Of a stretch of 64,000 nucleotides of DNA, positions 1-10,139 are shown piece by piece. The first letter of the stretch is position 1. Each line of letters begins with the position of its first letter. This DNA is from Acinetobacter phage nACB1. The translations under genes and the position numbers were made by a program. The notes beneath the pieces were generated by a model that worked only from the letters and a program-made list of their open reading frames with translations, was not told where the DNA came from and ran no database searches. The stretch is from the sequence record OQ032511.1. One strand, 5' to 3'.

Positions 1-349
1 TGATCTAACTCATTTCTACTACTATCTCTCCAGTTCTAAGCGTAGCTAATTATCTATATCAGAATTACTGATAATAGATATAAGCATTACTCGTTAGACA
101 GATTGAACTATCAAGATATACTGCGTACAGGGTAGCAAGGAAAACATACACCTATAACTATGTATTTATATTTATATATAAGACTGTACGGAGTACAGTT
201 AATTATAGGAATTAGTGTATAGATAAGAATGTCTATAGCTATAGGTATAAGAATAAGTAGAGCCATACAAAATATACTGTTTTCTCAGATAGTTTTTAAA
301 TAGCTAAGCGCACCTTACTGTCTAGTGTGTAATGTGTATGTGTAATGTG

Positions 350-387
350 TAAAAGAAATAAAGACTAACCTCATTGAGGAAAGTCTT
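350..387 (-). terminator. Rho-independent terminator for the leftward transcript of the 566..838 gene
   Basis: Nested hairpin aagactaacctcattgaggaaagtctt at 361..387. On the minus strand it is followed by UAUUUCUUUU. Confidence 0.45.
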
Positions 388-565
388 GTTCTTCCCATCC
401 CATCCAAGGTTTACCAAGGATAGAATAGTAATAAACTACATGTGCATTCATTAAGCCATATCCACAATGATTAAGATGATAAGTAGTAATAAGATACCGA
501 ATACTTGAATAAGCATAAGCTATACTCCTAATGAATAAGAGTAAGCCTAAGCCTACTCTATTGGT

Positions 566-838
566 TTAATCGAAAGATAGAACACCATCTTTATATGATG
601 CACCCATTGTTGCCATTTGATCCTTTAGTTCTTTACGAACAGTAAGCATCTTCATGCTATCTTGTACATCACTGATCTCTGCTATGTTAGTAGCCTTTGA
701 CTTAGCGATGTATGTGATACGTTCACCTGCTACTGCTACGTTGTCTATCATCTTGATAGTGTTGGTTGCAGTGTTAGCAGCTGTTGATGCAAGTAAAGCT
801 AATGAACCCATGATTGATGGTTGAACTTGTTGAGACAT
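566..838 (-). CDS. hypothetical protein (90 aa)
   Basis: ORF with AGGAG Shine-Dalgarno 8 nt upstream of ATG on the minus strand. The minus-strand terminator lies downstream at 350..387. Confidence 0.55.
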   Translation of the reverse strand: MSQQVQPSIMGSLALLASTAANTATNTIKMIDNVAVAGERITYIAKSKATNIAEISDVQDSMKMLTVRKELKDQMATMGASYKDGVLSFD

Positions 839-979
839 GGAATATACTCCTGATTAGTTGGTTGATGATCATTCCATCTATAAGCGTAGCTTTTTAAATA
901 CAAGTAGTAAGAATCCTTTTCTAGTATGAGGTATAGGGGGGGTATGTAAAGCTTTAGCTAGGGGGGAGTAGGTAGCCCT

Positions 980-1070
980 ACTTGCATACTAATATTAGAA
1001 AAATTACAAAAAGTTGAGGTTCCACTTGCATACCTAATTATAAAAAATATGAAAAAGTTGAAAAGTTGAA
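980..1070 (+). repeat. Two imperfect tandem copies (about 38 bp) of ACTTGCATAC-TAAT-AT-AAAAA-T-AAAAAGTTGA plus a partial third AAAGTTGA; candidate tandem promoters upstream of the late structural block
   Basis: Direct repeats 980..1017 and 1024..1061 read from the sequence. Each copy has a TTGCAT -35-like hexamer. G7 and G6 homopolymer runs sit just upstream at 946..952 and 961..966. Confidence 0.4.
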
Positions 1071-1112
1071 TCCCTTTCTTTATTTGCCTTATCCTAATAC
1101 AACCTATATCCT

Positions 1113-1349
1113 ATGCTCATATTCAATGAGGTTACTAATATGAACACTATTCATCATACACATCGTAAAGGTCATACCATTTCTGTAATACCTAAGTATC
1201 TAGCAGGTGTTGTTGGTTTAACACGTGAAGGTCATAACACGTGTAAAGCTTTAGCTATTAAACATAAAGCTGACATCTATCATTCAATGAAGGTACATCA
1301 GGTTGATGTGGACTACTATGGCTACTCTCAATATGCTTCATTGGTTTAA
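1113..1349 (+). CDS. hypothetical His-rich small protein (start may be at 1140)
   Basis: ORF. An internal ATG at 1140 is preceded by GAGG. The product has an HHTHRKGH motif. Confidence 0.4.
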   Translation: MLIFNEVTNMNTIHHTHRKGHTISVIPKYLAGVVGLTREGHNTCKALAIKHKADIYHSMKVHQVDVDYYGYSQYASLV

Positions 1350-1359
1350 GGAGTGAGTA

Positions 1360-2040
1360 ATGTTAACTAAAGATGAAATCATTCAGGCTCTACCACCTTC
1401 AGTACAAGGAGGTGTATCTGATACTCTTGTTAATGATCTTAACTCTATTATTACTGATCCTGACTTTAGAGAGACATTTAGAGAGAACATGATCTCTTAT
1501 AACAGAGTACTTGCAGAAGGTAAGTTCAAGCTATCTTCTTATATGAATGCAGTTATGTATGTATCCTACAAGTTAATGGGGTATAACAACATGGATGCTT
1601 ACTCTCTTACCTTTCCTCAGAAGTTTCAGAGTTGGGTAGTAAGTGGTAAGACTAATCAAACCATGTCTGCTCATGTAGCTATGTACAATAAGTCTAAGCT
1701 TGTTAACTTGGTTTATGCTCAAGCAGTTATTCCTACTCATGTACTCAATCAAGATAAGTTCCAGGAAGCTATCAATAGACAGTACTGGTTAATGAACAAT
1801 GCAGCATCAGAGAAGGTACAGTCTGATGCAGCTAACTCTTTAATGATTCACCTTAAACCACCTGAAGAGAAGCAGATTAACCTTAACATTGGAATGGAAG
1901 AGACTGACACCATTAAAGAACTATATGCTGCTATTGGTTCATTAGCAGCTAAACAAGTACAAGCTATTGCAGATAAGACTTTCACAGCAGGTGAAATTGC
2001 TGCATCGCGTATCATAGAAGCAGAGGTGATTGATGTCTGA
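1360..2040 (+). CDS. putative terminase small subunit (N4 gp69-like position)
   Basis: 226-aa ORF with AGGAGTGA RBS, immediately upstream of and overlapping the large terminase gene. Assigned by position only. Confidence 0.4.
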   Translation: MLTKDEIIQALPPSVQGGVSDTLVNDLNSIITDPDFRETFRENMISYNRVLAEGKFKLSSYMNAVMYVSYKLMGYNNMDAYSLTFPQKFQSWVVSGKTNQTMSAHVAMYNKSKLVNLVYAQAVIPTHVLNQDKFQEAINRQYWLMNNAASEKVQSDAANSLMIHLKPPEEKQINLNIGMEETDTIKELYAAIGSLAAKQVQAIADKTFTAGEIAASRIIEAEVIDV

Positions 2041-3670
2041 TTTAATATTAGAAGATGGTGACATCTTTGAAGATGACTTAGGGCTAGATGTAAAGTCAGT
2101 AGAAGAATGGCTTAATGGAGTCTCTTATGTAGAAGACCCTAACTATGTACCTTCTCCTTTTGCCTTAGCATTCGTTAATTTTATTAAGTTGGTTAACGGC
2201 GGACAAGGTGAAGAGAATAAGACACCTACGCTTCATTTAAAGATGTTAGATCAGATTGATCAACCTAATAGTCGTAAGATTGCAAACATGGTACACCGAG
2301 GTGCAGCTAAGACAACTGTACTAGGTGAGTACTTAATTCTGTATCTAGCTACCTTTGGTGAACTACCTACCTTTGGTGTTGTAGACTTTGCATTGTATGT
2401 ATCAGACTCTATTGATAACGGTGTGAAGAACATGCGTAAGAACTTAGAGTATCGTTGGGAGAACTCTGACTTTCTTAAGAAGTATGTACCTCATGCTAAG
2501 TTCACTGACATTCACTGGCACTTTAAGAACTCTTCAGGTAAAGAGTTTATTGTTAAAGGTTATGGTGCTAAGACAGGTGTTCGTGGTACTAAGGCCAATG
2601 GTAAGCGTCCACAACTAGCTATCCTTGATGACTTGGTTTCGGATGAGGATGCTCGTTCTAAGACCATGATTAGTGCTATTGAGGATACAGTACATAAGGC
2701 AATTGACCATGCTATGCATCCAACAAGAAGTAAGATCATTTGGTCAGGTACTCCCTTTAATGCGAATGATCCTTTGTATAAAGCATTGGAGTCAGGTGCA
2801 TGGGCAGTTAACTGTTATCCAGTATGTGAGAAGTTCCCTTGTACAAGACAAGAGTTTAGAGGTTCATGGGAAGACCGCTTTACTTATGATTATGTGAAAC
2901 GTAAGTACTTAGAAGCAATGAAGTCAGGTACTATCCATACGTTTAACCAAGAGCTTATGCTTCGCATTATGTCTGATGAAGATAGACTTGTATTAGATTC
3001 AGATATTAACTGGTATAAGCGACATGATGTACTTAAGCATCTACATTTGTACAACACTTACATCTCTACTGACTTTGCAACTACAGAAGATGAGTCAGGA
3101 GACTTTGCATATATTTCTGTATGGGCTGTTAGTTCAGGAGGTCAGAAGTTTTGGATAGATGGTATCTGTAAGCGTCAAGGTATGGATAAGAATATTGATG
3201 ACTTGTTTGTGTTAGCTCAGAAGTATAAGCCATTGTCTGTAGGTGTTGAGGTTACAGGTCAACAAGAAGGATTCATTCCTTGGATTAAGAGTGAGATGGT
3301 TAAGCGAAGAATCTTCTTTAATTTAGCTAGCTCAGGTAACTCTAATAGACCTGGTATTCGACCTAATACAAATAAGCTACAGCGTTTCTTAGTTACTGTT
3401 CCTTGGTTTAAAGCAGGTGAGATGTTCTTCCCTGAAGAAATGAAGAATGAAAAAGTAATGATTGAAATGCTAGAAGAGTTACGTCTTGCTTCAGCCAATG
3501 GTTTAAAGTCAAAGCATGATGATGCTATTGATACAGTTAGTATGCTTGCTGCTATGTCAGTCTTCTTGCCTGATGCAGAGAACCCAGTACAATACCAAGA
3601 AGACACTGGCTTGTTTGCTTCACCTACAAGTCATGTTGATGTAACCCCTTTATCAACCTATGTGGTGTAA
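2030..3670 (+). CDS. terL: terminase large subunit
   Basis: 546 aa. N-terminal ATPase region VHRGAAKTTVLGEYLILYL. Acidic C-terminal nuclease-like domain WAVSSGGQKFWIDG....DDAIDT. Position and order match N4-like phages (terL-portal-MCP-vRNAP). Confidence 0.8.
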   Translation: MMSDLILEDGDIFEDDLGLDVKSVEEWLNGVSYVEDPNYVPSPFALAFVNFIKLVNGGQGEENKTPTLHLKMLDQIDQPNSRKIANMVHRGAAKTTVLGEYLILYLATFGELPTFGVVDFALYVSDSIDNGVKNMRKNLEYRWENSDFLKKYVPHAKFTDIHWHFKNSSGKEFIVKGYGAKTGVRGTKANGKRPQLAILDDLVSDEDARSKTMISAIEDTVHKAIDHAMHPTRSKIIWSGTPFNANDPLYKALESGAWAVNCYPVCEKFPCTRQEFRGSWEDRFTYDYVKRKYLEAMKSGTIHTFNQELMLRIMSDEDRLVLDSDINWYKRHDVLKHLHLYNTYISTDFATTEDESGDFAYISVWAVSSGGQKFWIDGICKRQGMDKNIDDLFVLAQKYKPLSVGVEVTGQQEGFIPWIKSEMVKRRIFFNLASSGNSNRPGIRPNTNKLQRFLVTVPWFKAGEMFFPEEMKNEKVMIEMLEELRLASANGLKSKHDDAIDTVSMLAAMSVFLPDAENPVQYQEDTGLFASPTSHVDVTPLSTYVV

Positions 3671-3672
3671 TT

Positions 3673-4443
3673 ATGTTTTTAAACGAAGTACATGATCAGC
3701 TTGTTTCATCTGAACTAAGTAAGCATGCAGCAGGTGAGAGTGGTACGCTCAATCCTGAATGGACAGATCGAATCAATCTTATTATTCAAGCAGGTATAGC
3801 TGACCTTAATAAGCTCTTTGCCATTCGAGAGAATGAGTTATTGTTACGTACCAAGTTAGGTAAGGATATTTATGAATTAACTAGTACCAATGCAGTAACA
3901 AGTGGTAATCCATATGCTTTTATTATTGATAGTGTTGAGTCACCTTTCCGTGACGATATTATGCAGATATTCCGTGTAACGGATAGTAATGGTAACAGTC
4001 TTTGGTTAAATACTGATGTTGCTTATCAAGTACCTAATGAAAATATCTATGGTGTGCGTCCTAACTACTTTGTACATCAAGGTATTAACTTTACAGCTTA
4101 TAACACTATTAAGCTGCATAAGGGACATGACTTAGGTGATCTACTTGTACAGTATAAAGCTAAAGCTAAACCACTTGGTTTAGTAAATGATGAAGGTGAC
4201 TTGGTTGATCCTAGTCAAGTGTTCATTGATTTACCTGATCATTTCTTAAATGCTTTATGTGCTTATGTTGGTTCCCGATTCTTTAATCCTGCAGGTGCTG
4301 AGACTATTGGTAATGGTATGTATCATGAAGGTCAGAACTATGCTGCTGTTTATCAGAATGAGATTAAATCTTTGAAAGATAACTTAGGTAGTATTGCTTC
4401 TATGGGTGAGACTACTAACTTCTATCGAAATGCTTGGGCCTAA
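3673..4443 (+). CDS. virion-associated protein (N4 gp67-like position)
   Basis: 256-aa ORF directly after terL, followed by a strong terminator. Confidence 0.5.
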   Translation: MFLNEVHDQLVSSELSKHAAGESGTLNPEWTDRINLIIQAGIADLNKLFAIRENELLLRTKLGKDIYELTSTNAVTSGNPYAFIIDSVESPFRDDIMQIFRVTDSNGNSLWLNTDVAYQVPNENIYGVRPNYFVHQGINFTAYNTIKLHKGHDLGDLLVQYKAKAKPLGLVNDEGDLVDPSQVFIDLPDHFLNALCAYVGSRFFNPAGAETIGNGMYHEGQNYAAVYQNEIKSLKDNLGSIASMGETTNFYRNAWA

Positions 4444-4458
4444 ACCCTAGATACAAAT

Positions 4459-4488
4459 AAGCCCACAATTAAGTGGGCTTTTTGTTTT
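4459..4488 (+). terminator. Rho-independent terminator
   Basis: Hairpin aagcccacaattaagtgggctt followed by tttgtttt. Confidence 0.6.
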
Positions 4489-4591
4489 GGAATGACAACC
4501 AATCAGGTATGACTTGATAATAGTGAGCTTACTGATGGAAGTCAACACTTAAATTGAGGTAGACTTACGACAACTTAAATAGGAATCAACT

Positions 4592-6796
4592 ATGGACATT
4601 AATGTAAACAAACCTGTTCAAGTTCAAGGCAAGACAACTAACTGGAAAAAAGAACCAGAGTTAGCTGATCTTAAGACTGACTTGACCAACTCAACAGCAT
4701 CCCAAAGTGCACAGGTAAGTAAGATTACTAAGTGGTTAGATATATTGTATTTAACAGGTAATGCTAAACCAGTAACCTCAGAAGGTAAGAGTAAGGTAGC
4801 TCCAAAGCTTGTACGTACTCAAGCTGAATGGCGTTACTCAGCATTATCAGAAGTATTTCTTTCTAGTACTGATCTGTTTAATGTGAATCCTTTAACGTGG
4901 GAAGATGTTAAGTCAGCTCAACAGAATGAGCTTATTCTGAATAATCAATTTGATACTAAACTTGATAAGGTTGGTTTCATTGATAAGATGATTCGCGCCT
5001 GTGTTAATGAAGGTACTGCCATTCTACGTACTGGATGGGAACATAAGACAGAAGAAGTCACTGAAGTAGTACCTAATTTTATGATGATTGAAGACCCATC
5101 CTTTGGGCCTGAATTAGAACAAATTATGCAGATGGTGCAACAGAAGCCTGACTTTTTAGAAGATCAGCCTGAGGAAGTACGCTTATCTGTTGAGTACAGC
5201 CAACAAGCAGGTGTACCTATTCGTGTATATCAAGACGGTACACGTACGGAAACTACACAGAAAGTTATTGCTAATCATCCTACAGTAGAAGTATTAGATT
5301 TTAGTTCAATCTATGTAGACCCTACATGTCAGGGTGATTTATCTAAAGCTCAATTTATTATCCATAAGTTTGAGACTAGTCTATCTGATTTGAAGCGCGA
5401 TGGTCGTTATAAGAATCTTGATAAGATTACTCAAGAGAACGCTATGGTAACTACCGATACAGGAAACCAATATGACTCAACGAATAACGTCGGAAACTTC
5501 GTGTTCAAAGATGAAGCACGTAAAAAGATGTACGCTTACGAGTATTGGGGATACTACGATTATGATGATTCTGGTGTTGCTAAGCCTATGGTATGTACTT
5601 GGGTGGGTAACACCATTATCCGAATGGCTGAGAATCCTTATCCTGATAAGCAGTTCCCTTTTGTCTTTATTCCTTTTATGCCTGTTAAGGGGTCACTTTA
5701 CGGTGAACCAGATGCTGAACTTCTTGAAGACAATCAGAAAATCAAAGGAGCAGTAACACGTGGAATGATTGACTTGATGGCTAAGACTTCTGCAGGTCAG
5801 ACAGGTTTTGCTAAAGGTACAATGGATCAAGTCAATTTAAATAAGTTCCGTAATGGTCAAGACTTTGAGTTCAACTCAAACCAAAACCCTCAGTACTCTA
5901 TCTTTACTCAGAATTTCCCTAACATTCCTGAGTCTGCTCCCTTCATGTTGAACATGGTTAATACTGACTCTGAGTCTCTTACAGGTGTACGTGCCTTTGC
6001 AGGAACTGGTGTCAGTGGTGTAAACCTAGGACAAACTGCAGAAGCGGTGAGAACCGCTACAGATGCCGCAACTAAGCGTGAGATTGGTATTGTTAGACGC
6101 TTAGGTAATGGTATGGTTAAGGTAGCTCGTAAATTCCTTATGATGAATGCAATGTTCTTGGAAGAGGAAGAAGTAGTTCGTATTACTAATGAGAACTTCG
6201 TTACTATTAAACGAGATGATTTACGTGGTGATTATGATTTACGTATTAATATTTCTACACCTGAAGAAGACTCAAGTAAATCACAAAACTTATCTTTCAT
6301 CTTACAGACCTTAGGTAATAATCTACCTCCTGAGATTCCAGTTAAGATTATGGCTAAGATTGTTAAGCTACATAAGTTACCTGACTTAGCACATTATCTT
6401 GAGACCTGGGAACCACAACCTGATCCTATGCAAGAAGCTCTTAAAGAACTTGAACTTGCTAAGATCAAAGCTGAAACTGCATTGCTTAATGCTCAAGCTC
6501 GTGAAGCTGATGCTAAGTCATTTGTGCAACAAGCTAAGGTTGGTGTTGAGAATGCTCGTGCAGGTCAGATGCAATCACAAACTGATAAGACTAATCTTGA
6601 GTTCTATAATGAAGCTCAAGGTGTTAAGCATGAACAAGCCAAAGACCTTCAGCAACAGAAGTTAGATACTGAACTTGCCAAGGATGTTTTAAAGAATCAG
6701 AACTCTTTAGAACTAGCTGATAAGTCTCACAATACAGCTGTGATGTTGGAACATGCTAAGGCAAGTTTGCAACCTAAAGAAAAGTCTGTATCATAA
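4592..6796 (+). CDS. portal protein
   Basis: 734 aa, acidic, with a C-terminal coiled-coil tail KELELAKIKAETALLNAQAREADAK. Size and position between terL and MCP are as in N4 gp59. Confidence 0.7.
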   Translation: MDINVNKPVQVQGKTTNWKKEPELADLKTDLTNSTASQSAQVSKITKWLDILYLTGNAKPVTSEGKSKVAPKLVRTQAEWRYSALSEVFLSSTDLFNVNPLTWEDVKSAQQNELILNNQFDTKLDKVGFIDKMIRACVNEGTAILRTGWEHKTEEVTEVVPNFMMIEDPSFGPELEQIMQMVQQKPDFLEDQPEEVRLSVEYSQQAGVPIRVYQDGTRTETTQKVIANHPTVEVLDFSSIYVDPTCQGDLSKAQFIIHKFETSLSDLKRDGRYKNLDKITQENAMVTTDTGNQYDSTNNVGNFVFKDEARKKMYAYEYWGYYDYDDSGVAKPMVCTWVGNTIIRMAENPYPDKQFPFVFIPFMPVKGSLYGEPDAELLEDNQKIKGAVTRGMIDLMAKTSAGQTGFAKGTMDQVNLNKFRNGQDFEFNSNQNPQYSIFTQNFPNIPESAPFMLNMVNTDSESLTGVRAFAGTGVSGVNLGQTAEAVRTATDAATKREIGIVRRLGNGMVKVARKFLMMNAMFLEEEEVVRITNENFVTIKRDDLRGDYDLRINISTPEEDSSKSQNLSFILQTLGNNLPPEIPVKIMAKIVKLHKLPDLAHYLETWEPQPDPMQEALKELELAKIKAETALLNAQAREADAKSFVQQAKVGVENARAGQMQSQTDKTNLEFYNEAQGVKHEQAKDLQQQKLDTELAKDVLKNQNSLELADKSHNTAVMLEHAKASLQPKEKSVS

Positions 6797-6843
6797 GCAA
6801 CAAATGGGGGTAGTCATCTACCCCTTCAATTTAGGAATAGAGA

Positions 6844-7161
6844 ATGAGACCTATAGACGAAGAAATCCTTGACCTACGTAAAAGAAAGGAGATGTTAGTA
6901 TCTCTTGAGAGACTAATGATTAACTCTGACTTTAAGAAGGTAATCAATGAATATTATCTAAGTAAGCATCCTCTTGACCTTATTAAACTTAAAGGACAAC
7001 TCCCTTTAGACCCAACCTTAAACCTAAGTATTGATAGACAACTAGACGCTATAGCACTGTTTGGATTGTACTTAGATAATGCCATGTTCGAGTTACCTGA
7101 CATTGATCTTAAGATTGAAGAAGCAATTACTCGTCGTGACGAAATTACAAGGAATACATAA
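6844..7161 (+). CDS. hypothetical protein (105 aa)
   Basis: ORF in the structural operon. TAATG stop-start overlap with the next gene. Confidence 0.5.
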   Translation: MRPIDEEILDLRKRKEMLVSLERLMINSDFKKVINEYYLSKHPLDLIKLKGQLPLDPTLNLSIDRQLDAIALFGLYLDNAMFELPDIDLKIEEAITRRDEITRNT

Positions 7162-8330
7162 TGTTTGATTATGAAAATATGACCCCTGAGGCAATTGCCA
7201 ACTTAACTGATGAAGAGTTTGCGAAGTTAGACCCTTCAAAAATTCCTAACGTTATGGTAGGTGAACCTGCAGAGGAAGTTGTACCAGAACCTACTCCAGA
7301 AGTAGTTCCTGATCCAGTACCTGTTGAAGAAGAAACTCCTACCCCAGAACCTGAAGGTGTACCGAGTGAAGACACAGCAAATGGGGATGCGAACGAAGTG
7401 GAGCATACCCAAGCAGCTGATGTCGGAACCGAGGTAACAGCTGAAGGGGAAGCAACTCAAACAGCAACTCCAGAAGTAACACCTGCAGAAGTTTCTCCTG
7501 AGAAGTCATTCTTTGAAGCTGTAACTGCTGAGTTCAATGCTAATGGTAAAGCATATAAAATTGATAATGCCGAAGACGTGAAGAAGCTCATGCAAATGGG
7601 ACTCAACTATAATCAGAAGATGGCAGCTATGAAGCCTAATCTAAAGATTGTACGAGCACTCCAAGATGCAGGGATTAATTCAGTAGAACAGTTAGGCCAC
7701 TTACTTGATTTACATGCCAAGAAGCCAGAAGCAATTGCTAAGTTAGTTCAAGACTCAGGTTTAGATACCTTTGAGTTTGAAGACCAAGCTAAGAACTATG
7801 TACCTTCAACACCTCAGGTAAATGACAAAACCATTGAGTTTGAATTGGTAGCTCAAGAGTTAGAAGTGAATCCTAACTTTGGTAAGGTAGTACAACACTT
7901 AGGTACTTTTGATGATCAAACCAAGCAACATATCTTTGAACACCCTGATCTCCTACGTACATTAACTGATCATGTAACTCATGGTTTCTATGACAAGATT
8001 ATGGCTCAGTTAGATGTAGCTAATGCTCTAGGTCAGACACGTGGAATGACCTTCCTACAAGCCTATGAAGCAATTGGTCAACGTATGTTTGGTCAGCAAC
8101 AAGCACAAGCTCCTGTGCAACAACCTGTGGTAACTCCTCAAGTTATTCCACAACCTAAACCTGTGCCTGTTGCAACTAAATCAAATACAGTTAATAATAC
8201 AGCACGACAAGCTGCAGCAAGTGTTACAAGCACAGCTTCATCAAATCACAAACCAGTACCAACAGCTAAGGAAATCTGGGAAATGAGTGATGAAGAATTT
8301 GCCAAGCTTGACCCTAAATTTTTAAAGTAA
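7161..8330 (+). CDS. putative scaffolding or head assembly protein (N4 gp57-like position)
   Basis: 389 aa. Acidic Pro/Glu-rich N-terminus and Gln-rich C half. The motif DEEFAKLDP is repeated at both termini. Lies immediately upstream of the MCP gene. Confidence 0.5.
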   Translation: MFDYENMTPEAIANLTDEEFAKLDPSKIPNVMVGEPAEEVVPEPTPEVVPDPVPVEEETPTPEPEGVPSEDTANGDANEVEHTQAADVGTEVTAEGEATQTATPEVTPAEVSPEKSFFEAVTAEFNANGKAYKIDNAEDVKKLMQMGLNYNQKMAAMKPNLKIVRALQDAGINSVEQLGHLLDLHAKKPEAIAKLVQDSGLDTFEFEDQAKNYVPSTPQVNDKTIEFELVAQELEVNPNFGKVVQHLGTFDDQTKQHIFEHPDLLRTLTDHVTHGFYDKIMAQLDVANALGQTRGMTFLQAYEAIGQRMFGQQQAQAPVQQPVVTPQVIPQPKPVPVATKSNTVNNTARQAAASVTSTASSNHKPVPTAKEIWEMSDEEFAKLDPKFLK

Positions 8331-8342
8331 GGAATATCCTAT

Positions 8343-9503
8343 ATGGCACACTATTACAACGAAGGTGGAAATACTTCTACCGTTGGTACTCAACTTCAAG
8401 ACTTCTACTATGCTCGTGATGCAATCACTGAAGTAGCGAAGGAACAGTACTTCACACAACTCGCTTCTACAACTGATATGCCTAAGCATTATGGCCAACG
8501 TATCGTTCGTTATATCTATGTGCCGTTACTTGATGACCGCAACAAGAATGACCAAGGTATTGATGCAACTGGTGCTGTTATTGCTGATGGTAACTTGTAT
8601 GGTTCAAGCAAAGACATTGGTAAAATCACTGACAAAATGCCAGTACTCTCTGAGTCAGGTGGTCGTGTTAACCGTGTAGGCTTCGTACGTAAAACTTTGG
8701 AAGGTACATTCCAAAACTATGGTTACTTCACTGAATACACAGAAGACTCTTTGAACTTTGATACTGATGAACAATTGATGATGCACATCAACCGTGAAAT
8801 GTTGACTGGTGCTTCTCAAATCTCTGAAGCATTGATTCAAGCTGACTTGTTGAACAACGCGGGTATTACCAAATATGCAGGTACTGCAACTGCTGCAAAT
8901 GAAATTGATAAAACATCAATTGTTGATTTCCAAGATTTGGTCAATTTGACTACTGACCTTGATAACAACCGCACACCGAAAGATACGAAGATCAACACAG
9001 GTTCTGTGAAAATTGATACTCGTACTATCAATGCTGCTCGTTTGATGTATGTTGGTTCTGAGTTGAAAAATACTCTTCGTAAAATGAAAGACTTCTTTGA
9101 TGAAAAAGCTTTCGTTGGTGTTCAACACTATGCTGCAGGTACAACTCCTTTACGTGGTGAAATTGGTTCGATTGATGAGTTCCGTATCATCGTAGTTCCT
9201 GAAATGATGCACTGGTCTGCTGCAGGTGCTACATCTACAGCGAATGATGGTATCCATGTGACTAATGGTAAAGCTAACGTTTACCCAATGTTAGTTGTTG
9301 GTTCTGAGTCATTCACTACTATCGGCTTCCAGTCTGATGCTAAGTCAGTGAAGTATAAGATCATCCATAAGAAACCTGCTGACAATGCAGGCTTGCATAA
9401 CCCTTATGGTAAGATCGGATTCATGTCTATCCAATGGTGGTACGGTTTCATGGTTATTCGCCCTGAACGTATTGCATTAATCAAGACTGCTGCGTTAGTC
9501 TAA
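8343..9503 (+). CDS. major capsid protein
   Basis: 386 aa. Codon usage typical of highly expressed genes (cgt, ggt, aaa). Followed by a terminator. Position matches N4 gp56. Confidence 0.8.
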   Translation: MAHYYNEGGNTSTVGTQLQDFYYARDAITEVAKEQYFTQLASTTDMPKHYGQRIVRYIYVPLLDDRNKNDQGIDATGAVIADGNLYGSSKDIGKITDKMPVLSESGGRVNRVGFVRKTLEGTFQNYGYFTEYTEDSLNFDTDEQLMMHINREMLTGASQISEALIQADLLNNAGITKYAGTATAANEIDKTSIVDFQDLVNLTTDLDNNRTPKDTKINTGSVKIDTRTINAARLMYVGSELKNTLRKMKDFFDEKAFVGVQHYAAGTTPLRGEIGSIDEFRIIVVPEMMHWSAAGATSTANDGIHVTNGKANVYPMLVVGSESFTTIGFQSDAKSVKYKIIHKKPADNAGLHNPYGKIGFMSIQWWYGFMVIRPERIALIKTAALV

Positions 9504-9512
9504 TAACCAAAG

Positions 9513-9535
9513 GGGAAGCTTAGGCTTCCCTTTCC
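9513..9535 (+). terminator. terminator or attenuator after the MCP gene
   Basis: Hairpin gggaagc-ttag-gcttccc followed by tttcc. Confidence 0.45.
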
Positions 9536-9572
9536 ACACAATACTTATTGATTTATTCCTAAAGGAAATATT

Positions 9573-10139
9573 ATGTCTGATGTTCAAAACTCTCCAGAAC
9601 TTGATCAAGCAATCCAGTCTCTTAAAAAGAAAGCTGATATTCTCGGTATCGCTTACAAGTCAAACGTATCTGTCGCTACACTTCAAAAAGCAATTAATGA
9701 CAAAATGGAAGGTACAGGTGTTGGTGAAAGTACACATACTTTACCGACTGCTAGCCCTCAAACACCTACATCAACTAAACCAGACGTTGAAGCCCTCATT
9801 AAAGCTGCACATAAGTTAGTACGCGTAATCATTACTCCTATTGATCAAACCAAAGCAACTAACCTGGAATCAGAGCTTATCTCTGCAGGTAACTCACATA
9901 TTGGTACAATCACTCGTTTAGTACCTTTTGGTGTTGAGTGGCATGTAGAACAAGTAATCCTTAATGCTCTTAAAGAGAAGAAGTTCCAACAGTTCATTAA
10001 GAAGAAAGGTCAGTATGGTGTAGACTCAAATGAAACACGTTATGTGCCTGCATATAGCATTACTATTCTTGATCCTTTAACGGAAGATGAGTTAAAGAAT
10101 TTAGCATTATCTCAAATGCGCTCAGGTGCAACTGAATAA
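9573..10139 (+). CDS. hypothetical virion protein (188 aa)
   Basis: ORF with AAGGAAA RBS. Product is Thr/Pro-rich in the middle. Confidence 0.55.
   Translation: MSDVQNSPELDQAIQSLKKKADILGIAYKSNVSVATLQKAINDKMEGTGVGESTHTLPTASPQTPTSTKPDVEALIKAAHKLVRVIITPIDQTKATNLESELISAGNSHIGTITRLVPFGVEWHVEQVILNALKEKKFQQFIKKKGQYGVDSNETRYVPAYSITILDPLTEDELKNLALSQMRSGATE

Noticed and set aside
401-560. Possible tRNA or small RNA in the non-coding leader region
   Set aside because: No cloverleaf-compatible segments, such as a GTTCGA-type T-arm with a matching acceptor stem, could be found by eye. Only AT-rich repeats were present.
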